Below are positions 1 through 12,130 of a stretch of 64,000 nucleotides of DNA, in pieces; the stretch's first letter is position 1, and the number at the start of each line of letters is the position of its first letter. Origin of the DNA: Selaginella moellendorffii (Eukaryota; Plantae; Lycopodiophyta); contig NW_003314400.1 of the NCBI RefSeq assembly GCF_000143415.4, positions 248,001 to 312,000 on the forward strand, written 5' to 3'. Under the pieces are notes generated by a model, which worked only from the letters and a program-made list of their open reading frames with translations, ran no database searches and was not told where the DNA came from. Position numbers and translations under genes: made by a program.

Positions 1-1210
1 ACAAGTCTCCATTGAAAGAGACTAGATCTCCCAAGAGCTATAGGACACAGTCTCTGCGACAACAAAGGGCCCATAGCCAACCCCTGACACACTTACTTGT
101 AGGTACCTTGCAATTGCATGCCTGAATCCTTCATTTAGTCGCTTCAATTCCTATTTCACCTCCACTTTCTTGTCGTCTTCAAGCTTCAAGCCGTCGAGAA
201 GCTGGACAATCTGCTTTTCTTCTACCTCTGAGCTTTTCCTCTTTTCTAGCACCCTTGCTACTACATCCGAAACGCACACACATGCCATTTCCCACCACGC
301 AAGAACTACCCTAACCTTAATCTCTGATTACGACCCCTTACGGCTCTCATAGGAGGAGCCTGGCAAATATAATATGGGCCTATGCGAGAGCAGAGAATAG
401 GCAATTGGCGAACTGGGGGGTGATCTTCTTGGGTGGTCAGGACGGATTCACCTTTTTGTACCCGTATCTAACATTAGGGGACGAGTGGAAGTTCCGACCC
501 GTGCATGAATAGCTAAAGTACTCGCTGAAGAAGTAGATGGACAACTTCATCAACGGGGTGAAGAACAACACCAAAGGCTGGTACAAAATGCTACACTACA
601 CCAGCGATCAGGACTCGAATAGTTCAGTGGACGAAGAAGAAGAGGAGCCGGAGTGGATGCTCCAGGACTGTTCCAAGTCGCTCTGTGCTCCAGCAGGAAG
701 ACGGGGCCGATGTTGACCCCAAAAGGAGAGCCATGCCAGATCAGCCGGTAGGTGGTAACCCACCACCACAGTACAAAGGCAGTGTACATCGAGGAGTAAC
801 CGGCGATTATGGTGAGCCAGTACGGCCAGGGCCATACTCCGACTTTGGGACGACCTGGGTGGAATGCCTGACGCATCAAATGCCAAGGACGCAATACCAT
901 CAGGGTTCGCAAGGAAATAACCACCACGGCGGAGCGCGGCAGAGCAGTAGCAACACCAAGAACCACTCCACCTAGGTACCAGGTTTTTGCAACCGCACCT
1001 TCAGCATTGCGCATCGAAGAGCTTCATCAGGAGGCGGAGGTAGCATACAAATCACCAGCAGAAGAAATGCTGGAGGCTCAAGGGGAAGGCGCACCACCTC
1101 CTGTCAGGGAAGGAGTTCCACCCAGTCTGGCCACTACACGAAGAGCAGAGATAAGTCAAGGGGTACCCAAGGTAAACTTCCATCTCCACTCCTCAGTAGC
1201 GCCAACAACG
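1..1210 (+). mobile_element. Possible LTR-retrotransposon 5' remnant (LTR end plus degenerate gag-like ORF)
   Basis: A non-coding stretch ends ...TATCTAACA at ~473. It is followed by a frameshifted Pro/Glu/Arg-rich ORF from ~537 (MDNFING...EEEEEPEW / MPDQPVGGNPPPQY...) that is homologous to the downstream array. No RT or integrase is visible, so the class is inferred. Confidence 0.35.
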
Positions 1211-4200
1211 TTCTGCTCTTCCATCGGGGGCCCTCTCCGGCGAACGCTCTCTGGAGCGCTTATGTCCTCCCTCCGGATGACGTTGCCCTTTGGGGCGATC
1301 AACCTCCATTGGTCGGCTTCCGTTGATGTGCTCCTGGATAGGCACCGGTGTGTTCCTCTCCAGTGCCGGTGTTCTCCCCATGTCCGGTGCTGTTGCTGCT
1401 GCTGCAGATTCCGCTACCGGGGCTGTCGCTGCTGCTAGTGCGGTTGCGGCAGTCGTCGTTGTTGGCGCTACTAAGGAGTGGCGGTGAAAGTTTATCTTGG
1501 GGGCGCTTACAGGTCGCTTCCCCCGGCTTATCTCCGCTCTTCGTGTAGTGGCCGGACTGGGTGGAACACCTTCCTCGGCTGGAGGTGGTGCGCCTCCCTC
1601 CACTTCCCCTGGAGCCTCCGGCGTTTCTTCTGCTGGTGATCCTCCTGCTGCCTCCGCCTCCTGATGAAGCTCTTCGATGCGCACTGCTGAAGGTGCGGTG
1701 GCAAGAACTTGGTACCCGGGTGGAGTGGTTCTTGGTGTTGCTACCGCTCTGCCGCGCTCCGCCGTGGTGGTTATCTCTTTGCGAAACCTGATGGTATTTG
1801 TAGGCCGTGGTTGTGTCCCTGGCATTTCTCCTTCTTGATGCGTCAGCTGACGCTGGCGTTCCGCCCGGGTCGTCCCAAAGTCGGAGTATACTGGCTGCCC
1901 ATAACCGCCAACTTCGGTTACTCCTCGATGGGTAATTCGTGACGCCGCCTCCATACTGTGGTGGTGGGTTACCATCTACCGGCTGATCTGGCATACCTCT
2001 GTTCTTCAACTCCCCAAGGGTAGTCATGACTTTGTTATGGCATTCCTCGCTCAACTACTGCAGTCCCTGTACATGGTCCTCCACTCGTCGCATCCTATCC
2101 TCCATAGCCTCTAGCCGTCCTTCGAGGTGCTGGGTTAGTTCGTCTTCTATGACGTACTGAGTGAGTGTCTGTAGTACATCCCGGATGGGTCTTCTTCGTG
2201 AGGATCCTCCACTGTGCAGTCGTCCTTCTGCTCTTCCATCGGGGGCCCTCTTCGGCGAACGCTCTCTGGAGCGCTTATGTCCTCCCTCCGGATGACGTCG
2301 CCCGTTGGGGCGATCAACCTCCATTGGTCGGCTTCCGTTGATGTGCTTCTGGATAGGCACCGGTGTGTTCCTCTCCAATGCCAGTGTTCTCCCCATGTCC
2401 GGTGCTACTGCTGTTGCTGCAGATTCCGCTACCGGGGCTGTCGCTGCTGCTAGTGCAGTTGCGGCAGTCGTCATTGTTGGCGCTACTGAGGAGTGGTGGT
2501 GAAAGTTTATCTTGGGGGCGCTTACAGGTCGCTTCCCCCGGCTTATCTCCGCTCTTCGTGTAGTGGTCGGACTGGGTGGAACACCTTCCTCGGCTGGAGG
2601 TGTTGCGCCTTCCTCCACTTCCCCTAGAGCCTCCGGCGTTTCTTCTGCTGGTGATCCTCTTGCTGCCTCCGCCTCCTGATGAAGCTCTTCGATGCGCACT
2701 GCTGAACGTGCGGTGGCAAGAACCTGGTACCCAGGTGGAGTGGTTCTTGGTGTTGCTACCGCTCTACCGCGTTCCGCTGTGGTGGTTATCTCCTTGCGAA
2801 CCCTGATGGTATTTGTAGGCCGTGGTTGCATCCCTGGCATTTCTCCTTCTTGATGCGTCAACTGACGCTGGCGTTCCGCCCGGGTCGTCCCAAAGTCGGA
2901 GTATACTGGCTGCCCATAACTGCCAACTTCGGTTACTCCTCGATGGGTAATTCGTGACGCCGCCTCCGTACTGTGGTGGTGGGTTACCATCTACCGGCTG
3001 ATCTGGCATACCTCTGTTCTTCAGCTCCCCGAGGGTAGTCATGACTTTGTTATGGCATTCCTCGCTCAACTACTGCAGTCCCTGTACATGGTCCTCCACT
3101 CGTCGCATCCTATCCTCCATAGCCTCTAGCCGTCCTTCGAGGTGCTGGGTTAGTTTGTCTTCTGTGACGTACTGAGTGAGTGTCTGCAGTACATCCCGGA
3201 TGGGTCTTCTTCGTGAGGATCCTCCGCTGTGCGGTCGTCCTTCTGCTCTTCCATCGGGGGCCCTCTCCGGCGAACGCTCTCTAGAGCGCTTATGTCCTCC
3301 CTCCGAATGACGTCGCCCGTTGGGGCGATCAACCTCCATTGGTCGGCTTCCGTTGATGTGCTCCTGGATAGGCACCGGTGTGTTCCTTTGCAATGCCGGT
3401 GTTCTCCCCATGTCCGGTGCTGCTACTGCTGCTGCTGCAAATTCGGCTACTAGGGTTGTCGCTGCTGCTAGTGCAGTTGCGGCAGTCGTCGTTGTTGGCG
3501 CTACTGAGGAGTGGCGGTGAATGTTTATCTTGGGGGCGCTTACAGGTCGCTTCCCCCGACTTATCTCCGCTCTTCCTGTAGTGGCCGGACTGGGTGGAAC
3601 ACCTTCCTCGGCTGGAGGTGGTGCGCCTTCCTCCACTTCCCCTGGAGCCTCCGGCGTTTCTTCTGCTGGTGATCCTCCTGCTGCCTCCGCCTCCTGATGA
3701 AGCTCTTCGATGCGCACTGCTGAAGGTGCGGTGGCAAGAACCTGGTACCCGGGTGGAGTGGTTCTTGGTGTTGCTACCGCTCTGCCGCACTCCGCTGTGG
3801 TGGTTATCTCCTTGCGAACCCTGATGGTATTTGTAGGCCATGGTTGCGTCCCTGGCATTTCTCCTTCTTGATGCATCAGCTGATGCTGGCGTTCCGCCCG
3901 GGTCGTCCCAAAGTCGGAGTATACTGGCTGCCCATAACCGCCAACTTCGGTTACTCCTCGATGGGTAATTCATGACGCCGCCTCCGTACTGTGGTGGTGG
4001 GTTACCATCTACCAGCTGATCTGGCATACCTCTGTTCTTCAGCTCCCCAAGGGTAGTCATGACTTTGTTATGGCATTCCTCGCTCAACTGCTGGAGTCCC
4101 TGTAGATGGTCCTCCACTCATCGCATCCTATCCTCCATAGCCTCCAGCCATCCTTCGAGGTGCTGGGTTAGTTCGTTTTTTGTGACGTATTGAGTGAGTG

Positions 4201-4704
4201 TCTGCAGTACATCTCGGATGGGTCTTCTTCTTGAGGATCCTCCGCTGTGCGGTCGTCCTTCTGCTCTTCCATCAGGGGCCCTCTCTGGCGAACGCTCTCT
4301 GGAGCGCTTATGTCGTCCCTCTGGATGATGTCGCCTGTTGGGGTGATCAACCTCCATTGGTCGGCTTCCGTTAATGTGCTCCTGGATAGGCACCGGTGTG
4401 TTCCTCTCCAGTGCCGGTGTTCTCCCCATGTCCGGTGCTGCTGCTGCTGCTGCAGATTCCGCTACTAGGGCTGTCACTACTGCTAATGCGGTTGTGGCAG
4501 TCGTCGTTGTTGGCGCTACTAAGGAGTGGCGGTGAAAGTTTATCTTGGGGGCGCTTACAGGTCGCTTCCCCCGGCTTATCTCCGCTCTTCGTGTAGTGGC
4601 CGGACTGGGTGGAACACCTTCCTCGACTGGAGGTGGTGTGCCTTCCTCCATTTCCCCTGGAGCCTCCGGCGTTTCTTCTGCTGGTGATCCTCCTGTTGCC
4701 TCCC
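1211..4704 (-). repeat. Tandem array, ~3.4 copies of a 1015-1018 bp unit, inverted relative to the 733-1210 copy
   Basis: The anchor TTCTGCTCTTCCATC recurs at 1211, 2226, 3241 and 4259. Each unit carries near-identical minus-strand ORFs (1193-1975, 2055-2990, 3070-3876, 4118-4651). Confidence 0.95.
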
Positions 4705-5083
4705 CCTAAAAACCCAAATGAAAAAGAAAGTGTTGCCTAAAATGTAATTTTGATTATATTTGTGAATAAAATTATTATTATATCCAAGATATTGTTTACA
4801 TCCAACTTATTACTACATGTTATTTAGCTAACCTAGTTATAATTAAATTAAATTAATTTTATTCTGGTATATGTTTCACTGAATTAGCTACATGGACAAA
4901 GTTGCGAATTTGTCCAAGGCTGCGGAGGCAAATTCAATCAGCTTTAGAGGCAAATTAGATTTAATTGCGAGTTTCTAGGCGTGAATTCTAAACGAGAAAA
5001 AACATGAAGAATAAATTGTTTCTGGATATACAAGGGGAAAGGTCGGATATAAATGGCTTTTAGCATTTCCGACCGTCTGTTAG

Positions 5084-5091
5084 AAACCCTA
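5084..5091 (+). promoter_or_regulatory. Telo-box AAACCCTA upstream of the ATPase ATG
   Basis: AAACCCTA lies ~22 nt before the ATG at 5114. Similar motifs precede MED16, the mL80-like gene, the PPR/bZIP pair and GPN3. Confidence 0.5.
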
Positions 5092-5113
5092 AAACTAGGA
5101 TTTTTCGTTGGCG

Positions 5114-6454
5114 ATGGCGAGGAGGAATCTCTGGATGTCGTCGCGGGTGTTCTTCAACAGATCAGAAGAGCTGAAGGGTCTCAGGGATATGGTTTCGGCT
5201 CAGGATGGATCAATGGTTCTTGTTACGGGGCCTCCAGATTCAGGCAAGTCCGCACTGCTGGCTGAGTTCATGTTTTGAGAGCGCCGGGACAACCATACTT
5301 TTCCGATCCACATTGACATGCGCTCCGGCACTTTCAACACGGCAGCCAGCTTTGGGAGGGAGCTGAAGGCGCAGGCTTTGTACAGCTTTGTGCCCGCCGC
5401 CAGGAAATTCTTGGAGAAGCCGATGAACTCTACAGAGGGGAAGGCTAGCATGGAGTCAGGTAAGGCGGAGGATGAAGCAGACGAGGCAGACGAAGAGGAG
5501 GCAGGAGCCGGCTTCATCAAACAGCTTTTCAAGGATTTGGATGCTATTGAGAAGGTCGAAGGGACGGACATGCAAGAACTTCTAAAGGCGCTGGAATCCT
5601 TGTTCGCAGGGTGGACGTGGCTTGCTCGGCTCGTTCCTCGTGGCCAAGGAGGATATCCCACTCTGATCATCGACGAGGCCAACCGGCTGCACGAGTGGAG
5701 CCTTAGTGAATCAGAAGAGGAGAACTTGATGACTCTCCAGGCTTGGCTGATCATGGTTACCAAGCAGATGGGAGTCACTAACGTGATCCTTTGCTCGTCG
5801 GAGGACTTCTTCAAGTTTTGGGTGGAGGCTCATTTCGGTAAAGACAGGTATATGGTTGGAGTCGTGGGTGATCTTACGGAGGAAGAGTCCTTCAAGTTTT
5901 TCAAGTGGCTGCTGAAAGATCGAGACGTACCACCCGGGATATGGAAGGAGATTTACGACTACTTTGGTGGGAGGATCAACTCGCTCAAGCACATTGCTAG
6001 ACAGCTTTCGTGGTGCAGAAACGATGAAGCTGAGATGCAGGCAACCTGGGAGAAAGCTCGACGATTCATGCAGGCCAAGTCATGGGCAGAGATCGCCAAA
6101 GGCATGCAGCCGGAGAACCTTCCACAGAAATGGACGAGGCCTGTGCTGGGGATCCCCTTTGCCGAAGATCGGCTGAAGGGCGTCTCGCCTCTGTGGACTC
6201 CTGACGAGTTCAAGTTGCTGTTGAAAAGGCTCACGGACGCTGAGGGTGGCGTTTGCAGCATCAACGATCTACGTCAAGTCATCCGGAAGGAGGCACTCTT
6301 CAGCCTTATCCAGCACAACTTTCTGCATTACCGTGAGGAATCGCTGTTTGGTGGTCGAGATCTGGACTGGTTCAAGGGACGCTTTCCTATTGTCATGCCT
6401 GTCTCCCGTCCTAAGTTTCACGCTATGAAGCAGGTGCTCAGTGACTACAAGTGA
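5114..6454 (+). pseudogene. Intronless P-loop ATPase (archaeal-ATPase/AAA_16-like) with one in-frame TGA
   Basis: From ATG 5114 it reads MARRNLWMSSRVFFNRSEELKGL...VLVTGPPDSGKS (Walker A). A TGA at 5276-5278 is followed, in the same frame, by ORF 5318-6454 containing PTLIIDEAN (Walker B) and VGDLTEEES...FGGRI. Confidence 0.8.
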
Positions 6455-7381
6455 TGAAGCGCAGGATGAAGTAAAGAATTTGAGACCAGAAAAAAATGTG
6501 TAATTAAAAAATTTGTACCAATTTCTTTTGTTTGTTTAAGGTAAATGACAAATGTCTGTACATATGTCTGACAAACAGTCAAAACATGAAATTTTGAACC
6601 AAAACAAACAGGTCACGGGGAATTACTCGCGTTGTCAATCTGAAAAATGGCCAATGGATTGGGGCTAAGGTTCATGGAGAACATTGCTCGGCACTGATGC
6701 ATACCCGCAGATAAAAAAATGTGGCCACTGAACTACTGCAGAATGAACAGGTCTGTAGGCAATGTCAAAGCTGAAACTTGTGATTCCACCACCATTTGTC
6801 TGTCAAATGCTTCAACAAACTCCCGTATAATCACTTTATCCAGCTCTTGTGCCTTTATGCCATTAAGTTCCAAAACCTGATCACTGAAGGCTGCTGGCAT
6901 CGACTGAGTTGGGTGACAAATTCCAACATTTGAGTAGCTGGAAGCAGAGCCTTGTCAACAGCAACAGGCTTCAGATAACACCAGCCATTCCAGAGCAGTG
7001 ATAAATCAAACAATCTGCAAATGGTCATCAAGTTCAGATTAAACACATTTTGCAAAACTTTTTATTGTATTAAATGTGCAGAATACTGGAATTTCCTGAT
7101 TGAGAGCATAGTGACAAGTCGCCCAAGAAATCCAGGAGCTTGTGCTTTAAAATGATAAATGAATCACATAGGACAAATTGCCCAAGAAATCCAACAGCTT
7201 GTGCTTTAACTATTTTGAGAAAGAGGAGAAAGAAAAAGTATATATTTTTTCTTATCTTTGCGGCTTTTCATATATTTGACATACAGATTGAAATATAATA
7301 CTATGTAGGCTTCTATTCATCAAACAAATCTGGAAACCCTGGGATCCAACTATAAATTCTTTTGACAAAAATTTCCATGAA

Positions 7382-8143
7382 TCAGCAAGCCTGTATTTCT
7401 GGCAGGTCTGCCAGAAATCCCTCAATATCAAGAAACACATCGTTGAATTCTTGAGGTTGCCCCCAGCAATTGGTTTGCACATCTCCACCTTGAACCCCAC
7501 CAACAAACTCCTGATTAACTTGATCAGCAAACACTCCATCGCCAAGCTCGCTAGCTTGAGCAAACACTTCTTGCACACAATCACCAACAGGTCCTTGACC
7601 CAAGGCTGGCAGAAGCTCCCAACAACTGTTTTGATCAAAAGCCTCGTGAAATAAAGGTTGGGCACAATCACCCAGACCATGACCTTGCTCCCAAAAAGTA
7701 GTTTCATCAAAACCCGCAACACAATCACCCATAACTTGAGATGATTCGCTTACAAATTCTTCCTGGACGACTGGAGTGATCTTGTCTCCCCCATGGCTCT
7801 TTAAAGTTCTCTTATTTCCACCGTTGGGCGATAGCGATACGGCCCTTACCTTGCCACCTTGTGTCCATTTTCCCTTGCACGACCTACAAGCGTAGCGCGG
7901 CTGGTCACGCTTGCCAGTACTCTTCTCGTTGTTGTAGTAATCGAACCGTGTGTTGTAAGATTGGCACCTTGGGCACTGGTACACGTTGTCCGGAAGGTCG
8001 TGGTGCTCCCACACGCCGTACAAGTTTTGATCCCTCACCTCCTCGGCCGTGAGCTTGCAAGCCCTCTCGCTTCTCAGTCGACGCTTCTTTGTCAGCACCA
8101 TGATACCATTGTCTTCTCTACTTCTCTTGCTTCCTCTCGCCAT
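7382..8143 (-). CDS. Dof-type zinc-finger transcription factor, atypical
   Basis: CPRCQSYNTRFDYYNN...QPRYACRSC..KWTQGGKVR, with a basic N-terminus and an acidic C-terminus. Single exon. Confidence 0.85.
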   Translation of the reverse strand: MARGSKRSREDNGIMVLTKKRRLRSERACKLTAEEVRDQNLYGVWEHHDLPDNVYQCPRCQSYNTRFDYYNNEKSTGKRDQPRYACRSCKGKWTQGGKVRAVSLSPNGGNKRTLKSHGGDKITPVVQEEFVSESSQVMGDCVAGFDETTFWEQGHGLGDCAQPLFHEAFDQNSCWELLPALGQGPVGDCVQEVFAQASELGDGVFADQVNQEFVGGVQGGDVQTNCWGQPQEFNDVFLDIEGFLADLPEIQAC

Positions 8144-8299
8144 AGCTCGTATGACCCTAAAGGACTTGATCTTATTTATATGTGCACTAAAGTAAAGGCT
8201 GAGTTAGCTTAAACAACGTAGATTCCCACTAATCTTGTGCGGTTTAAGGTAAGAATATCGGTCTGGAGCGCTGAAATATGGAAGGAGCGATCAAGGTAT

Positions 8300-8831
8300 G
8301 CAGCATCCACATCGCAGAAGGAAAGAGTCTGTCGATAAGCCATCGTAAAACGGCTGTATTCCAGGACGTACTTACCGGAGGACCTGACTCAGCGGCCATT
8401 AGCACAGAGTGGGCACTCTGGGAGCTCATAAAAATCCATCCTGCATGGCCAAAGCACAAGATGAGATCGATCTAATATTTGGCGGTAGAGAAGTAAACGA
8501 AGATGATCTTTCCAAACTAAAATAGCTCAAAGCCGCAGTCAAGGAGACATTCCGCTTGCATCCGCCGGCTCCTCTAATGGCTCCCCACGAATCACACCAA
8601 GACTGCGAGGTAAACGGCTTCACCATCCCTGCGAAAACAAGAGTGCTGATTAACATCTGGTCGATCGCTCGAGATCCAAGGTGGTGGGGTGAGTCTGCAT
8701 GGATTTTTAATCCTGAGAGGTATGGCAAGCACTTTGAGCTTCTATGGATCCGGGAAAAGAATGTGTCCCGTGATGAACTTGGGACGGACAACGTGGAAAT
8801 CACTCTGGCTAGGCATTTAAGTGGGAGGTGA
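8300..8831 (+). pseudogene. Cytochrome P450 (CYP71-clan-like) C-terminal fragment
   Basis: I-helix-like GGPDSAAISTEWAL, K-helix [13 protein letters not shown] preceded by TAG, FNPERY, and heme motif GSGKRMCP out of frame. Confidence 0.85.
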
Positions 8832-10341
8832 GCGTAGATAACTCTACGGTCTTTATCAAGGCTATGTGATTTTTATTCGAGCGCGAAACAAATGAATGCC
8901 AGCCGTAGGTTCTATGGCAAAGGTCCATCGAACGGCTGGGTTTTCGCGCTTTTTTCTTCATCGAACTTTCCGTGTGGCTTGTCACAATAATTTTTCCATT
9001 TACTGAGGTAGTAATGCTCTTCAGTTCAGCATGGATATGATCACTGCAATCATTTTTTTTTGAGAGACTTTTGAGTATATTAGTATGTTGCATTATTTCT
9101 TAGTTATATATAAATTAATTTACATAAAAATATAAAATATGGCTTTTGCATATTATAATATTTTTGAATGTAGAAATTAGTAATTTCTTAACATCCAAGT
9201 TTATCCTAAATTGGAAAGCCACGCTTTTGGTTAACTTAGATTTCATCATTGGGCAGCAAAACTTTTATCTTTTATGCTTTTACATTTTATCTTCCATTAC
9301 CTGCCACATCCACTTCAACCCAAGCCTGTTTAGGGTAACTCACATCTTTCTTGAGTCGTTGTCAGCCATTGACACGTCCTTTTTAGGAAACCGCAGAGAT
9401 TTCAGAGGAATGAAGATGAATGAATCATCTATTTATGTGGTTAATTGTTTTCTATAAATCGGCCCCTGCCTAGGGTCAGCATCGACCCTCTTGTCGGTCA
9501 TCCGATGGCTGCTGGACGTACGTATCTCTGATCAGCACGATTTGCAAGCTCGGGAAAGGGAAGCTAGGATTTCAGCTGCTGCAGAGAGATGCTGGAGAAG
9601 GGATTCAAGCCAAACCTCGTCACCTTCAACGTTGACTTTGAGGCGCCAGCAAGGAAAGCAACACCGACGACGCCAAGATCATGATCCAGGAGCTGAGGCA
9701 GCAACGCAGCTCACCCCCATTAAATAAGTAGCGAGGATGCAAAACAGTGAACATCGTGTGAGGAAAGTTTGCAGTTTCTTCTAACGAGGATTTCTATCAG
9801 GTGTCACTTCAACAAGTTCTGCCAGAATTAAACACAGGAAGAATGACTTGGCAAACAGTGAGCTTCTTCATTTTGACTGTTTTTGCTAATCTTTCCGTGT
9901 TTTGGACGTGGGAAGTTTCAGCCGTCGAGAAGCTTCGACTATAGCTTCTTTTGCGTTTTTTACTACTCTGATGCTATGACAAAGAAGAACTCCTTTTTGC
10001 AAGGTCCTAGAATGACATCTGCAACAGATCTCTGGCACTCAGGGATTGATAAATGGCTGCACGAGATCATGGTATTGTCCCTTCTCGCCCTTGATTTCAG
10101 CTCACTGGATTTTTAGTTTTTTTCAGGATCTTTCAGAGCACTGACAGCTGCGATCTCGAACAGAGCTTTGCACCAGCAGGATCGGGAAAGGAAGTTGGGT
10201 TTCAAACCTTTGAGGATCATGGTCTAGGAGCTGAGACAACAGCATAAACAAGTAGCTCTGGTGAGTTTCGTTTGAAAAAATTTCTGTTATTTCACAGGTA
10301 TCCAAGCTGGCTTTTTTTTCTCTATTCGTTTTGTTAATCAG

Positions 10342-10870
10342 GATATCACAGGACCATTGCCTTCTGTATGGAAGGAGTGGGTTTCGTGGTGTGTAGAGTT
10401 CGGCGTTGACGCACCCTACGACTGGAGATTGGCGGGTCCAGTTCTCGAAGAACGAGATCCGCTGAGGTTTTGCCTTCTCAAAATCACCTCTTGTTTTTCT
10501 GATCTCTAATTCCAGGTTAACTTTCGAGACGCTTCGGAAGCTGCGAGGGGGGCCAAGAGAATGCGCGAAAACGAGTGACGGCCCTCGTTTTCGCGCATTC
10601 TCTTGGGAATAATGTGTTCAGATATTTTCTGGAATGGTTGAAACAAAAAGTACCGCCCAAACTGTACACCACTTGGATCGACGATCACATTTTCACGTAT
10701 CATGCTCTAGGTGAGATTGGCGGATTGTGAACCTTCTTAGCAGCAATGCTATCTCTTGCAGGTGCTCCTTTTCTAGGAGCTCCAGATGCTCTGAAAGGCG
10801 TTCTTTCTGGGGTGACGTTTGGATTACCAATTTCAGTTCCGGTTTGTGGATGTTGCCGTTTTCTGACAAC
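10342..10870 (+). pseudogene. PSAT1: Phospholipid:sterol acyltransferase (PSAT1/LCAT-like) internal fragment
   Basis: Exon pieces read ITGPLPSVWKEWVSWCVEFG..PYDWRL, LEERD, LTFETLRKLRGG, LVFAHSLGNNVFRYFLEWL, GAPFLGAPDALKGVLSGVTFGLP and SGLWMLPFS. There are deletions and no N- or C-terminus. Confidence 0.8.
10553..10606. repeat. Perfect 23-bp inverted repeat with 8-nt spacer
   Basis: CCAAGAGAATGCGCGAAAACGAG-tgacggcc-CTCGTTTTCGCGCATTCTCTTGG. Confidence 0.95.
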
Positions 10871-10959
10871 AAACCACTGTCTCAAAGGAATACGACAAAA
10901 ACCGAAGGCTTAGTTGCTCCAGACTTCGCTGAGCTTCTCTGGCTCACCAGCGAGCAGTG

Positions 10960-12130
10960 AGACGAGGAGGAGCTCTTGTTCCTCAGAGCTCGCTGCCTCA
11001 TCTTGTAGTAATCGTCCCAACAATCGAGCTCCACCCTTGTCTTGCGTGGAACTATTCTATCATCATCACCCCGCGACAGCCGAGCTTGCTGGTCTCCGTG
11101 ATCCCAACTCCCTCCCTCTCGCCACAACTTGTGTAGTCCTGCGCTCACTACGTGTTTCCTGGCTTGGAGGATCATAGCAACGAGGAGCTGGCCCTGCGGC
11201 TGTTGCTTCTTCAGCCTTTGCATTCCCCAGCATCGGCGTTTAAGTTGGAGAGGATGAGAGCAACATCCCGGATCGAGCTTGCTGTTATTCTTCTTTGCCG
11301 CTCGGTCCGCTCGATCCTTCTTGTTGTGCGTCTTGCAAGCCGAAAGCAGCGTTCTCCAGGCCCGGTTTGGATCAGCTCATCGGCCCTGTTGAGACGTCCC
11401 AGCAACCCGAACAATCACAGACCTGGTGATCCAGCTCCTGCACCAGCTTGTAGTTCTCGAGCAACATATAAAGGTACCACCGCGACTCCGCCGAGAACAA
11501 GTGCACAAACGTCACGGCCCCGGGGCTCAAGCCGTTTGCCAACATCTCCCGGAAGAGCTCCACGGCTTTCTAGATCGTTGCGCACATATCCAGCGATCAT
11601 CGCAGTCCACGTGACTTCGTCCTTGAAAACCATGTCCCGGAACAACCTCTCGAGGCCTCCGTAGCTGGCGTACATGTCGAGCAATGCGGTCGTGAGTACT
11701 GCATCGTCTTCCAGGCCACCGCTCTCCAGAAGTTCACGGTAGAGGAGCTTGCCTTGCACTGGAGCTGGAATGCTCGAGCAGGCAGTGAGAGCACTCGATC
11801 TGTGTGCAGTGAGGCCATCCAGCTGCATTCTCACGAAGAGCGACAGAGTCATCTCCACTGCTTGGGCGTGAGCCGAGACGATGGACATCCAGGAGATCAC
11901 GTTCTTGTTCGCCATCTTTTCAAAAATTTCCCGAACGCCCTCTAGTCTCCCAAGCTCGGTGTTCAGGAGCGAGTGGCACAAGGGTTCGTTGGAAGCAAGC
12001 TCGCTCTCTTCGATCAGTCTGTGAGTGGCAATTCCTTCTGGAACATCTTTCTCACCAGAGCAAGCAAGAACGAGGCAGAAAAATGCAACGGTGACGCAAG
12101 TCACTTTACTCGATCCGTGTAAACAGTAAC
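10960..12130 (-). pseudogene. PLS-class PPR fragment (duplicated at ~40586-41175)
   Basis: IFEKMANKNVISWMSIVSAHAQ, ALLDMYASYG, KDEVTWTAMIAGY and PGAVTFV, with frameshifts. Confidence 0.75.

Noticed and set aside
474-490. TTAGGGGACGAGTGG as a primer-binding site
   Set aside because: It only loosely resembles known PBS sequences and cannot be matched to a tRNA 3' end by eye.
1211-4704. Array as a CRISPR or as four independent protein genes
   Set aside because: The units are ~1 kb with no repeat-spacer structure. The ORFs start at non-conserved points and are products of the repeat.
5276-5278. TGA as selenocysteine or U-to-C editing site
   Set aside because: Land-plant nuclear genes lack Sec machinery and such editing is organellar. 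No supporting signal was seen.
7111-7209. ~40-bp imperfect direct repeat downstream of the Dof gene
   Set aside because: It is a small local duplication with no further structure.
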